Origin: a virus
Taxonomy: Duplodnaviria > Caudoviricetes
IMG/VR virus record: IMGVR_UViG_2837218921_000006
Span: 1-64,000 of that record
Direction: 5' to 3' (one strand)
Length of the DNA stretch: 64,000 nucleotides
Shown: positions 30,755 through 39,847 of the stretch, piece after piece
Layout: each line of letters opens with the position of its first letter
How positions within the stretch are numbered: position 1 is the stretch's first letter
Position numbers and translations under genes: made by a program
The notes under the pieces: model-generated
Databases searched by the model: none
What the model was told of the DNA's origin: nothing
Seen by the model: only the letters and a program-made list of their open reading frames with translations

Positions 30755-31557
30755 ATGAAACTATCCAATGAAAGCTACTTTTCCTTGAACTTCATCGCGA
30801 GGAAAAGAGCCAACAAGGAGGGTGAGCTGCCGATAACCCTCCGTATCACGATGAACGGACAGCGTGCAGAAATATATATTAACCGCACTGTCAGACCCGA
30901 TGACTGGAATGCCGCGAATGGTAAGTCAAAAGGCAAGTCAAAGAAAGACCTTGAGCTTAACCGCTATCTTGACACGGTGCGCACCAAGATCTGCGAAATC
31001 CACAACCGGCTCGTTATGCGTGACGAGCCGATAAATCCGGATGTGCTTAAACGAGCGTTCCTCGGCAAGCTCGAAAAGCCCAAGATGCTTTGCGAGGCTT
31101 TCCGTGAGGTTAACGTGAAAGTGAGGGAACAGTATGAGCGCGGCGACATCTGCAAGGCTACCGTGCTTCGCTGGGAACGCTGCGAGAAGTATCTGTCAGA
31201 ATTTCTGATGATGAAGGAGAATGTGTCCGATATTCCGATGAAGAACCTTACATCGGGAATGGTGGATGACTTCGAGCATTTCCTGCGTGTAAGAAAAATG
31301 TGCGCCAACAATGCCGCCGTGAAGTATATCCGCTATCTGAAGAATGTCGTGAGGGTCGGTATCGCCAACAAGTGGATTGATGACGATCCGTTTATCGGCA
31401 AGCGTTATACCCGCACAAAGGCTGACAGGGAATTTCTGAGCGAAAACGAGCTGAAAGCGATAATGAAGCTCGACCTTACGACACTCCCCCGTCTTGACCT
31501 CGTGCGTGACACATTCGTGTTCTGCTGCTTCTGCGGACTTGCCTTCGCTGACATATA
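30755..31557 (+). pseudogene. Second tyrosine integrase, truncated by prophage insertion
   Basis: Arm-binding and SAM-like domains up to FCCFCGLAFADI, then homology stops; no HxxR or catalytic Tyr; GGGAGCAAA arm-type repeats at 30361-30656. Confidence 0.88.
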
Positions 31558-31565
31558 TGGGGCAC

Positions 31566-31670
31566 AAAACGAAGCGTTTGATGTTGAGGTCGGCGGTTTT
31601 GAGCGAAAGCCTTTGAGTTTGCGGTAGTTAGACGAGGGTGGGGGAGTGCGGCGAAAAAAACGAAGCGTTT
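31566..31670 (+). repeat. Probable transposase-binding sites at prophage left end
   Basis: AAAACGAAGCGTTT at 31566-31579 and 31657-31670. Confidence 0.7.
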
Positions 31671-31893
31671 ACATTGCTTTAATTTCGGTTTAATTTTTGG
31701 CTTCACAGGTTTACACGAAGGCTACATGGGGCGCATGGTCGGCGATGATGGGTTTACGTCATTGATCCCAGTGGTCGGATAGGATAGGGCGGTCGGCTTT
31801 GTGCCGACTTTTTAGTGCCGGTTCTTGATTTATATAATTTCAAAAGGTTGCAAATAGCGGTTATTTGTGTATATTTGCGGAAAATTTACGAGT

Positions 31894-32130
31894 ATGAGAC
31901 AGACCAAATGCATCATCGTTCACTTGACAGGCAAGCGTAAAACCCTCGCTTTCGGCTCGATTGCCGCCATTTTCCATCATCTGACCCCGGAACAAGTAGG
32001 ATGTGGGTATGATTATCTGCGCCGCGCCGGGTTGAGTGGTGGCGGCACGGTCGTTACCAAACGTGCGATAATACAGCAAACTACGCTGCTCACAGCCCCT
32101 CGTGGAGCCGGTGATGGCGCAGATGATTGA
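31894..32130 (+). CDS. Small phage hypothetical protein near left end
   Basis: ATG 31894 preceded by TATATTTG promoter-like motif. Confidence 0.6.
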   Translation: MRQTKCIIVHLTGKRKTLAFGSIAAIFHHLTPEQVGCGYDYLRRAGLSGGGTVVTKRAIIQQTTLLTAPRGAGDGADD

Positions 32131-32240
32131 ATGACATAATAACGGCGTTTGAACGGCCTTAGAGAGCCGCTAAAACGCCTACATTCCGGGGGAGCCAAAC
32201 GGTTCCCCTATTTTGTGTTCGAAAGGCCGATTCTGAGGGG

Positions 32241-32297
32241 TGGATATTCAGGTGGATATTCAAAGTGGATATTCACTTTGGCTAAACTGGATATTCA
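32241..32297 (+). repeat. Four copies of TGGATATTCA
   Basis: Copies at 32241, 32253, 32266, 32288. Confidence 0.85.
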
Positions 32298-32567
32298 CAT
32301 TTGGGGTAATCGGGGGGGTAATAGAGTGGTGGAAAAATACCGTTTTTTCAAAATAGACCCCCGATTTCGGCATTTCACTATTAAGAAAAAACCTCCACTT
32401 TGCGCCCAGGTACCTTATTAAATATAGGAATTTCAAGGGTTTGAGCCGATTTAGACCCCATTTTGAGGGGGTAACACTCCGGGAAGGGGCGATTCGAGGG
32501 TATTCCGGGGTTTCCTTTGGTATCCGTTTCGTTCAGTTGGGGCATATTCCAAGCCTCTCCCATTCCT

Positions 32568-33050
32568 CTATAAGTCCACGGTGGATTTGGAAAGTTCCCT
32601 TGGGGCAGCTTGAAAGGATTCCTCGCCAACGTTTTTTTCTCGCTCAAGCTGCGCGATGCGCTCCTTGAGGCGACCTATCTCTTCTGCCTGTTCCTTTATA
32701 GTAGCCATAAAACGCTCGATGAGTATGGCATTAGAATCTTGCTGCGAAAATTTTTGAGGGTTATTTGCGATATTTTTCTCGGATGCCTCTTCGGGAGGTT
32801 CATCCGAGGGTACTGTTGTGTGATCTACTGAGTCTCTCAGCATATCCCCTTGGCCTGTCAATAGCCATACAGGAGAATATTTGGGAAATCTTTCACAAAT
32901 GAGTTCCAGCCACTTAGACTGTATATCGGTGCCCTTGGATATTGCTTTGGATATAACTCCTCTACTTGCACCTATTGCACGCTCAATGGTGCCGATGGAG
33001 ACCCCCTCGGCATCCGCTAAAACCTTTATGCGAGATAAAATTTTACACAT
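32568..33050 (-). CDS. Phage repressor (XRE-type HTH)
   Basis: MCKILSRIK..GVSIGTIERAIGASRGVIS..SPVWLLTGQGDM; divergent from early operon. Confidence 0.85.
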   Translation of the reverse strand: MCKILSRIKVLADAEGVSIGTIERAIGASRGVISKAISKGTDIQSKWLELICERFPKYSPVWLLTGQGDMLRDSVDHTTVPSDEPPEEASEKNIANNPQKFSQQDSNAILIERFMATIKEQAEEIGRLKERIAQLEREKNVGEESFQAAPRELSKSTVDL

Positions 33051-33052
33051 AA

Positions 33053-33141
33053 TGCGAAAATTATCGTCAATAAATTTGGTGGTGCGAAAATTATCGCTTA
33101 CCTTTGCAGCGTATTCAGTAATGAACGAGCGGCCAAAGATA
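33053..33141. promoter_or_regulatory. Lysis/lysogeny switch: two operators and face-to-face promoters
   Basis: TGCGAAAATTATCG at 33053-33066 and 33083-33096; TACCTTTG (+) 33099-33106; TATCTTTG (-) 33134-33141. Confidence 0.7.
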
Positions 33142-33174
33142 CGAAAAAACCGCGAGTTCTCAAAATTTACAGAT

Positions 33175-33585
33175 ATGAGCGAGACAAAGAAAATGACAAC
33201 GGAGGAGATTCTTGAAATCTTCAAGGGCGAGTACGACCGCCTTCTCCGTAAGTGCGAGCGCAGAGTTGAAAAATACGCCCTCAATATGAACGAGGACTAC
33301 GAATACTTCTTCCGTTGGCACGGTGATGACATGTATAAAGCCCAAGTCAACCTCAAGGCTATCCGGGGACTTCGCCCGGCCACTGCATGGGATGACCTTG
33401 AAAAAATCAAGACGTGGCTCGGAGGTCACATCAAGAGCATCGAACTCAACCTCATCGACGGAAGTCAGTACCCGACAAGCTCAAGCATCATGCACAATGT
33501 TGCCGAAACCCTTAGCCGGGTGGCTCAGCAGGAGCTAAGAGGAGAACTTCAAAGACTACTGTTTGCAATAACCTGTAACGAGTAA
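33175..33585 (+). CDS. Phage early hypothetical protein
   Basis: First ORF of the early operon, ATG 33175. Confidence 0.7.
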   Translation: MSETKKMTTEEILEIFKGEYDRLLRKCERRVEKYALNMNEDYEYFFRWHGDDMYKAQVNLKAIRGLRPATAWDDLEKIKTWLGGHIKSIELNLIDGSQYPTSSSIMHNVAETLSRVAQQELRGELQRLLFAITCNE

Positions 33586-33589
33586 CACT

Positions 33590-33862
33590 ATGAGCAAGAC
33601 GACCTATTGGTTTCAGATACATGACTTCTATACCGAACCGGATAAATGCCGCATAATCGAATTGGACGAGGATTATCCGACTGAGGACTCAGCGAAAGCC
33701 GCGGGATGGGCAATAATTGAAGCCTTTGCCAAAATACACGGACTCGGCTACGAGAATCAAGGCGACCAATACATGGCCTTCTATCAAGGTGGCGAGAATG
33801 ATGGACTCGGAGCCTTGACCATCGAGGTCTATGATTCCAGCGGGATGCCGGTGGACTTATAA
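33590..33862 (+). CDS. Small acidic phage hypothetical protein
   Basis: Tight operon spacing. Confidence 0.6.
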   Translation: MSKTTYWFQIHDFYTEPDKCRIIELDEDYPTEDSAKAAGWAIIEAFAKIHGLGYENQGDQYMAFYQGGENDGLGALTIEVYDSSGMPVDL

Positions 33863-33965
33863 GGGTTAGACCCAAGAGAGGGCGATCCTCCGGCAAGAGA
33901 GCCGGTTAAAGCCGAAAGGCACAACATTTGACCCCCCCGGCGTTGCCAAATGCGCCGGGGAATTC

Positions 33966-34040
33966 GGAAGGGTAGCTCAATTGGTAGAGTAGCCAAATAC
34001 AAAGTCGGAGATGCGGGTTCGAATCCTGCCCCTTCCACCA
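33966..34040 (+). ncRNA. tRNA-like RNA with degenerate anticodon arm and encoded CCA
   Basis: GGAAGGG/CCCTTCC acceptor stem + ACCA, intact D and T arms; anticodon stem GCCAA/GTCGG has only 2 Watson-Crick pairs. Confidence 0.8.
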
Positions 34041-34053
34041 AATTTCAGAAAAG

Positions 34054-34272
34054 ATGAAACAACATTCAGAGAAAAGAACCGAGGTCGCAGTCAAGCTGCT
34101 CATTGAGACCTTGACACAGAACCTCACCGACACCGGGGTTGTCCTCGATGAGTTTGAGGCAACTCACAACGACTGGGAGTGCGACCAATCCAAGCAGTAC
34201 TCTGCCCTCGTTGCCGGACACTTCGCTCTGAAAGAGGCCATCGACGAGATTAACAACCGACTAAATAAGTGA
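34054..34272 (+). CDS. Small phage hypothetical protein
   Basis: ORF in early operon. Confidence 0.6.
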   Translation: MKQHSEKRTEVAVKLLIETLTQNLTDTGVVLDEFEATHNDWECDQSKQYSALVAGHFALKEAIDEINNRLNK

Positions 34273-34280
34273 GAAAATGA

Positions 34281-34553
34281 CTAAAAGTAAGAATTTCCCT
34301 CAGAATCCCGAAGTTCCACATGATAGTGTGGGTTTCGGACCCGCAGGATGTTCAGAGCCTGTAAATACTCAAGTTGAATATGTTCGGGCAGAGCATCTAA
34401 ATCTACCTCGAAACAATCCATTCCGGGCATCATCAACTCTTTCAGAGGCTCAATACGAGCGATTCTCGCAAACGACAGTAGGTCGCGCTTATATTCGTCT
34501 CTTTGGGTATCGTCGCTGTACTCTACGACTTGAACCCGAATCTTGTATTTCAT
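34281..34553 (-). CDS. Counter-oriented small hypothetical protein
   Basis: ATG 34553, protein-like composition; competes with + strand ORF 34277-34555. Confidence 0.4.
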   Translation of the reverse strand: MKYKIRVQVVEYSDDTQRDEYKRDLLSFARIARIEPLKELMMPGMDCFEVDLDALPEHIQLEYLQALNILRVRNPHYHVELRDSEGNSYF

Positions 34554-34605
34554 AATTGGTTCAGTTGTGAATGAGATTGTAAAGATAATAAATAAAATCC
34601 AATAA

Positions 34606-34983
34606 GTGAGACAGATGATGAAAAAGAACATCGCAGTATCAAAAGAAACACGTGAGAAGATTGCCAAGCTCTTCAACGTGACCATGCGTTCAGTATGGAA
34701 TGCCCTTAATCTCGACTACCCCGAAACTGACCTGACAAAGCGTATCCGCAAGGTCGCAAAAGAGAATGGAGGCGTAGTAATGACTTCTATTCCGGCAGGA
34801 GAGGCCATCCACTTCTTTGATGGCACGATGAGAATGGAATTTGACAATGGTGCCATTTTGGAGTTCTATCGCAAGGATGGCACCGGCCACATCTACGTCA
34901 AGGGTGCAGAGGTTGAGGTTTATGAGAATGTAACCCTTCCGATGATTTATGAAATCAAGGAACGGGCAGCAGCTTTGAGATAA
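34606..34983 (+). CDS. Ner/Cro-like HTH protein
   Basis: REKIAKLFNVTMRSVWNAL; immediately upstream of transposase. Confidence 0.7.
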   Translation: MRQMMKKNIAVSKETREKIAKLFNVTMRSVWNALNLDYPETDLTKRIRKVAKENGGVVMTSIPAGEAIHFFDGTMRMEFDNGAILEFYRKDGTGHIYVKGAEVEVYENVTLPMIYEIKERAAALR

Positions 34984-34987
34984 GGGT

Positions 34988-36991
34988 ATGGAATATTGCA
35001 ACGGCAGACTTTGTATATCGACCCGCGAGTTATTCGACGGCGGCATCGTTACGGAATCCAATTATCGTAATTGGACGAACCGTAACCGTGTCGAGGTCGT
35101 ACAACGTGGCGGCGGTGCAAGGGGAAGCTACGCTCTCATTGCCGTTGACAGCTTACCCCAACGCTACAAAGACAAAGTTGAAGAAGTTTATCCCGGCGGC
35201 GCACAGGCTCGGCTTGAGGGCTGGGTCAAGAGCAACTATGAGGTCGATCAACAGGCCGTGGCCTTTTTCTTCTCCAAAGAGAAGTGCGGCATGACGCTCC
35301 CACGCGAGAAGGCACAGGAATACGTCACCAACGCCTCGGTTCTCAACACCTGCATCAAGCTCTACGACAGAGCGGCCACCGCCCAAAGGCTGTTCGGAGG
35401 CAAATACGACTGGAGTATGATGGCCGCGACCATTGAGGTTCTGCGCAAACACTTCGGCCACACCCTCCCGGCATCGACCCTGCGGTTTCGCAAGAAGGTC
35501 AACGACTACAAGGCTAACGGTTACGCCTGTCTCATAAGCGGCAAGTTCGGCAATCAGTGTGCCCGGAAGGTTGACCACAAGACCGAGCGTCTTATTCTCG
35601 GCATTGCAGTCCTTCCCAACAAGCCGTGGGGTACCAACGTCCTCGAACTGTACAACTCTTTCGTTACAGGCGAGCTTGACGTGTACGACCCGGAATCCGG
35701 AGAACTGTTCAACCCCGATGACTTTGCCGACAAGAACGGCGAGCCGATGGTTCTGAGCGAGGCGACCATCATCAACTATCTGAACAAGCCGAAAAACAAA
35801 ATCATCATAGACAAGGCGACTATGAGTTACACGACCTTCATGCACGAGACCATGCCGCACATGCACCGTCATCACGGCGAGTTCTCGCTGTCGAAGGTGT
35901 CATTCGACGACCGCGACCTTCCGCGCAAACTCAAGGACACCCGGATTCGCCCGAAGGCATATTATGCCTACGACGTGACAAGCGGCTGCTGTATCGGCTA
36001 CGCCTACAACCGCGCCAAGAACGTCGATCTTGTGGTTGATATGTTCCGCAATATGTTCAGGCTGCTCGACCGTCAAGGCTGGGGTTGCCCTGCCGAGGTC
36101 GAGGTCGAGAACCACCTCATGAGCCAATGGCGGGACTCTTTCCTCCGGGCAGGTGTTATGTTCCCATTCGTAAGGTTCTGCGCTCCGATGAACTCACAGG
36201 AGAAACACGCCGAACAGTTCAACGGTGCAAAAAAACGCAGCATCGAGCATCGCAACCATGTAGGCATCGGCAGGTTCTTCGCCAAGAGCCGACAGTACCG
36301 AACCGAAAGCAACAAGGTATTCGATGAGTTCAACAATACCTATGTCGAGAAGGAATACTACACTTGGGATGAGTTGATCGCTGACGATATGCGCGATATC
36401 TACGAATACAACCATGCCCTGCATCCCAATCAGAAAAAGTACAAGGGCATGACAAGGTGGGACGTACTTGTAGCCAACATCAATCCGACACTCCAACCCC
36501 TCGACAAAGCGACCATAGCCCGATATGTCGGCGAAAAGGTCAGCACCTCAATCCGGCGAAACTCATACTGCCGGGTAGCCGGAGCCGATTGGTGGCTGAG
36601 CAAGACCGAAGTCATCGAGCTGCTCGCCCCCAATGACTACAAGGTCGAAGCCTACTACCTCACAGACGAGGAGGGCAAGATCACCGATATGTTCATCTAC
36701 CAAGGCGATATGTATATCGACCGGCTTGAGAACCTCGGCACCTACAACACCGCCCGTGCCGAGCAGACCGAGGAGGACGAGAGAATCTTCACAGAGCAGC
36801 GAAAAAAGATCAGCCACTTCAACAAATATGTCGAAGACAACGCCATCGGGCGTGTGGGCGTAATAGAGCGCGACACACGGCCTCAGACGATCGAGGTGGA
36901 AGAAGTTATCGTCCCGGAGTCGGAAACGCGAGAAACGCAAGAATACGGCCTCAGTGAAGACTACGCCGCACGAGCCTTGCAAGACTTATAG
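34988..36991 (+). CDS. MuA-like DDE transposase
   Basis: 667 aa; SFDDRD..AYYAYDVTSGCCIGY RNase H-like core; precedes AAA ATPase. Confidence 0.82.
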   Translation: MEYCNGRLCISTRELFDGGIVTESNYRNWTNRNRVEVVQRGGGARGSYALIAVDSLPQRYKDKVEEVYPGGAQARLEGWVKSNYEVDQQAVAFFFSKEKCGMTLPREKAQEYVTNASVLNTCIKLYDRAATAQRLFGGKYDWSMMAATIEVLRKHFGHTLPASTLRFRKKVNDYKANGYACLISGKFGNQCARKVDHKTERLILGIAVLPNKPWGTNVLELYNSFVTGELDVYDPESGELFNPDDFADKNGEPMVLSEATIINYLNKPKNKIIIDKATMSYTTFMHETMPHMHRHHGEFSLSKVSFDDRDLPRKLKDTRIRPKAYYAYDVTSGCCIGYAYNRAKNVDLVVDMFRNMFRLLDRQGWGCPAEVEVENHLMSQWRDSFLRAGVMFPFVRFCAPMNSQEKHAEQFNGAKKRSIEHRNHVGIGRFFAKSRQYRTESNKVFDEFNNTYVEKEYYTWDELIADDMRDIYEYNHALHPNQKKYKGMTRWDVLVANINPTLQPLDKATIARYVGEKVSTSIRRNSYCRVAGADWWLSKTEVIELLAPNDYKVEAYYLTDEEGKITDMFIYQGDMYIDRLENLGTYNTARAEQTEEDERIFTEQRKKISHFNKYVEDNAIGRVGVIERDTRPQTIEVEEVIVPESETRETQEYGLSEDYAARALQDL

Positions 36992-37016
36992 AACGAAATT
37001 ATAACACTGTTAGAAT

Positions 37017-37889
37017 ATGATTACAACAGACGTCAAAAACAAAATCCTCGCCGCAATCAAGGCGAACCGCGCCAACTATCCGAGTGACGCGAAACACGCC
37101 GCCTCACTCGGCATCACGACCTCGGTTTACAGCGCGGTCAAGAACGGGCAGACCGACCGGGTTCTGAGCGATGCCAACTGGATAAGCATCGCCCGTAAGC
37201 TCGGAGTCAGCCTCCGGGGTGAAATCGAATGGAAGGTCGCCAAGACCCCGACCTTCATGTTCATCACGGCGCAGTTGGAGGCCTGTCAGTCGAGCGGCAT
37301 CAGCGCAATCCTCTGCGACCAGCCCAATATCGGCAAGACTTTCACCGCACGGCACTATGTCAAGACGCACCCCAACGCCATCTACATCGACTGCTCGCAG
37401 GTAAAGACCAAGCTCAAGCTCGTGCGCAAAATTGCCGCTGAGTTCGGTGTCGATAGCAAAGGCCGGTACTCGGATGTGTATGAAGACCTCGTTTACTACC
37501 TCGGCTCCATCGACTGCCCCCTCATCATTCTTGACGAGGCTGGAGACCTTCAGTATGAAGCCTTCCTCGAACTCAAGGCACTGTGGAACGCCACCGAGCG
37601 ATGCTGCGCATGGTACATGATGGGAGCCGACGGACTCAAGGAGAAAATCAACCGATCCATCGAGTGCAAGAAGGTCGGCTACACTGAGATGCTCAGTCGC
37701 TACGGTGATCGCTACAGCAAGGTTACGCCGGATGACAGCAAAGAGCGCACCAAGTTCCTCATTGAACAGGCGCGGATCGTTGCCAAGCTCAACGCACCGG
37801 AAGGCATCGATGCCGGGGAGATTGCCCGGAAGACGGGTGGCGGACTTCGCCGAGTTTACACTGAAATCGAAAAACTTAAAAGACAATGA
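37017..37889 (+). CDS. MuB-like AAA+ transposition ATPase
   Basis: N-terminal HTH; DQPNIGKT, IILDEAG, GGLRRV. Confidence 0.88.
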   Translation: MITTDVKNKILAAIKANRANYPSDAKHAASLGITTSVYSAVKNGQTDRVLSDANWISIARKLGVSLRGEIEWKVAKTPTFMFITAQLEACQSSGISAILCDQPNIGKTFTARHYVKTHPNAIYIDCSQVKTKLKLVRKIAAEFGVDSKGRYSDVYEDLVYYLGSIDCPLIILDEAGDLQYEAFLELKALWNATERCCAWYMMGADGLKEKINRSIECKKVGYTEMLSRYGDRYSKVTPDDSKERTKFLIEQARIVAKLNAPEGIDAGEIARKTGGGLRRVYTEIEKLKRQ

Positions 37890-38116
37890 TAATGATAAGC
37901 GTAATTGAAAAAGAATACATGGAGACCGTCATCAGAATGGGCAAGCGTCTCCAACGTGGCGAAATCGATTGGGAGCAGCGTCGATACGAGATAGCATTCG
38001 CCGTCTATATGGAGCGCAGAAAACTCTTGACATCAAGAGAGGATGATGTTAAGGACGCTGTAGCAGAGGCAGATTTGCTTATAGCGGAACTGAAAAAGCC
38101 TCAAGAGAAGAAGTAA
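37886..38116 (+). CDS. Small phage protein
   Basis: IDWEQRRYEIA...AVAEADLLIAELKK motif common in Bacteroidetes phages. Confidence 0.7.
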   Translation: MIMISVIEKEYMETVIRMGKRLQRGEIDWEQRRYEIAFAVYMERRKLLTSREDDVKDAVAEADLLIAELKKPQEKK

Positions 38117-38118
38117 CG

Positions 38119-38745
38119 ATGGCAAAGCGAGCATATAGTCCGAAAGAGGTTCTTGCCAAGACCTACAAAACCTTGCCGTGGGGTGAGCGGTGGAGCCGAC
38201 CTTTCGGCACCCCGACCATCAACGAGGCGTGGTTTATCAGCGGCGCGTCCGCTTCCGGCAAGAGCAGCTTTGTGATGCAGCTCGCCAAGGAACTCTGCAA
38301 CTACGGAATGACACTCTACTGTTCCTTCGAGGAAGGTGTGAGCCAATCGTTCAAGGAGCGTGTCGAGCGATTCAAGATGGGCGAGGTGCAAGGTCGGTTC
38401 CGGGTTGCGACGAGCGATACCTATGATGAGCTTATAGAGCGACTTGCCAAACCTAAAAGTCCCCACTTTGTGATTGTGGACAGCTTTCAGGTGGCAGGGT
38501 GGACATACGACCAAGCAAAGCAGCTGATAGACCGTTTCCCGGCAAAGAGTTTCATCTTCATCTCGCAGGAACACAAAGGTCAGCCAATGGGCAAAGCTGC
38601 CGTGCGGCTCCGCTACATTGCCGGGATCAAAGTCCGGGTGGTAGGTTACAAGGCATTTTGCCAAGGACGATTCACCGAAGATCCCGGCAGCTATTATGTA
38701 GTGTGGGAAGAAGGTGTTTTAAGAACTTCAAACAATATCGGATAA
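38119..38745 (+). CDS. RecA/RadA-like P-loop ATPase
   Basis: SGASASGKS, VIVDSFQ, IFISQ. Confidence 0.82.
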   Translation: MAKRAYSPKEVLAKTYKTLPWGERWSRPFGTPTINEAWFISGASASGKSSFVMQLAKELCNYGMTLYCSFEEGVSQSFKERVERFKMGEVQGRFRVATSDTYDELIERLAKPKSPHFVIVDSFQVAGWTYDQAKQLIDRFPAKSFIFISQEHKGQPMGKAAVRLRYIAGIKVRVVGYKAFCQGRFTEDPGSYYVVWEEGVLRTSNNIG

Positions 38746-38967
38746 ATGAGTACGAAAAAAGAAATGATAATACTTGAGCCGAACGGACGCATCCGAAAAG
38801 AAGGGTTCTGTTCCCGGCCAATGACCTGTCCGTACTGCGGCGGCAAAGGTTTCTTCATGGAGCGATTCCTGCCTTATGCGGATATAAAAAAGGATTGTCC
38901 CGACTGTGAAGGAACAGGCGAGGTAATCGCCTTGGTAACGATAGATTGGAAACCGAATAAACAATAA
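38746..38967 (+). CDS. DnaJ-type zinc-finger small protein
   Basis: CPYCGGKG...CPDCEGTG. Confidence 0.75.
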   Translation: MSTKKEMIILEPNGRIRKEGFCSRPMTCPYCGGKGFFMERFLPYADIKKDCPDCEGTGEVIALVTIDWKPNKQ

Positions 38968-38972
38968 ATAAC

Positions 38973-39191
38973 ATGGCACAAAACATCAATCAGGTCTTTC
39001 GTCAGTTAGGCCGATCCGAAAAAACTCAATTCATCGAGAAGAACCTTGAGTATGCCTCTGAATGGGCAATCGCCGAATATGTGGACACATATTTCTTAGG
39101 AGTGGCAAAGCACCTGCCTGAAGAGACTCTGATGGCAATGCTTCACTATAAACAAGAACAGAGCAAGAACGATGAAACAACAGGTAACTAA
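38973..39191 (+). CDS. Small phage hypothetical protein
   Basis: Operon spacing. Confidence 0.6.
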   Translation: MAQNINQVFRQLGRSEKTQFIEKNLEYASEWAIAEYVDTYFLGVAKHLPEETLMAMLHYKQEQSKNDETTGN

Positions 39192-39660
39192 CTTCGGGCG
39201 GTTCTACTCCGCCTTTCACAAGCTCACCATTCATGGCGAGCCGGACGAGGCAAAGCGTCAGTTTGTGTTGCAGTACACTGCCGGACGCACCGACTCCCTC
39301 AAGGAGATGACCCGGAAGGAATATGACGACCTCTGCATAGCCATCGAAGGCATGAACGGAACGAGAGATGAACTCAAGCGTCGCCGGAGCATTGCCCTCA
39401 AGCTGATGCAGGAACTTGAAGTTGATACGACCGATTGGGCGCAGATAAATGATTTCTGCCGCCACCCCCGAATCTCCGGGAAAGCCTTCGGGCAGCTCTC
39501 GATCGAGGAACTGATGGAACTGGCCACCAAACTCCGCTCCATAAAGCGCAAGGGATGGCAGCGCAAGAAGTCAGAACCGACGCAAGCCCCGGAAACACCT
39601 CAGCAACGTATAACATATCTCATAAACCTTGCCGCTCCCGGCATGACAAGCTACAACTGA
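39172..39660 (+). CDS. GemA-like phage protein (tentative)
   Basis: GRTDSLKEMTRKEY motif; position in Mu-like early operon. Confidence 0.55.
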   Translation: MKQQVTNFGRFYSAFHKLTIHGEPDEAKRQFVLQYTAGRTDSLKEMTRKEYDDLCIAIEGMNGTRDELKRRRSIALKLMQELEVDTTDWAQINDFCRHPRISGKAFGQLSIEELMELATKLRSIKRKGWQRKKSEPTQAPETPQQRITYLINLAAPGMTSYN

Positions 39661-39661
39661 A

Positions 39662-39826
39662 ATGAAGCAAGTAATAAAACAAATCGAAAACTACATTCAG
39701 CTCCACACCTCGGACATGGAGAACGGTGATTACATCGAACTCCTGCGAGAGATAGCTGAATGGGCGACGAACCAAGCCAACCTCGTCGAATTCCAATGTG
39801 AAGAGTTAATTCCCACCGAAGAATAA
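39662..39826 (+). CDS. 54-aa phage protein (not in ORF track)
   Basis: MKQVIKQIENYIQLHTSD...IPTEE* fills the gap between neighbours. Confidence 0.6.
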   Translation: MKQVIKQIENYIQLHTSDMENGDYIELLREIAEWATNQANLVEFQCEELIPTEE

Positions 39827-39847
39827 TCACCCTTTAAAATCATAATT

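Noticed and set aside
31558-31627. Genuine integrase C-terminus
   Set aside because: Residues after GLAFADI are phage-end read-through with no catalytic motifs
32241-32297. CRISPR array
   Set aside because: Repeats are only 10 bp with 2-12 nt gaps; no cas genes; same reasoning applies to the IS21 end repeats
33966-34040. Functional tRNA-Cys(ACA)
   Set aside because: Anticodon stem does not pair, and A34/A73 do not fit bacterial tRNA-Cys identity
37104-37886. Long antisense ORFs (also 14369-15133, 21792-22640, 35153-35875, 53048-53764, 54905-55624)
   Set aside because: Shadow frames of well-supported genes on the opposite strand
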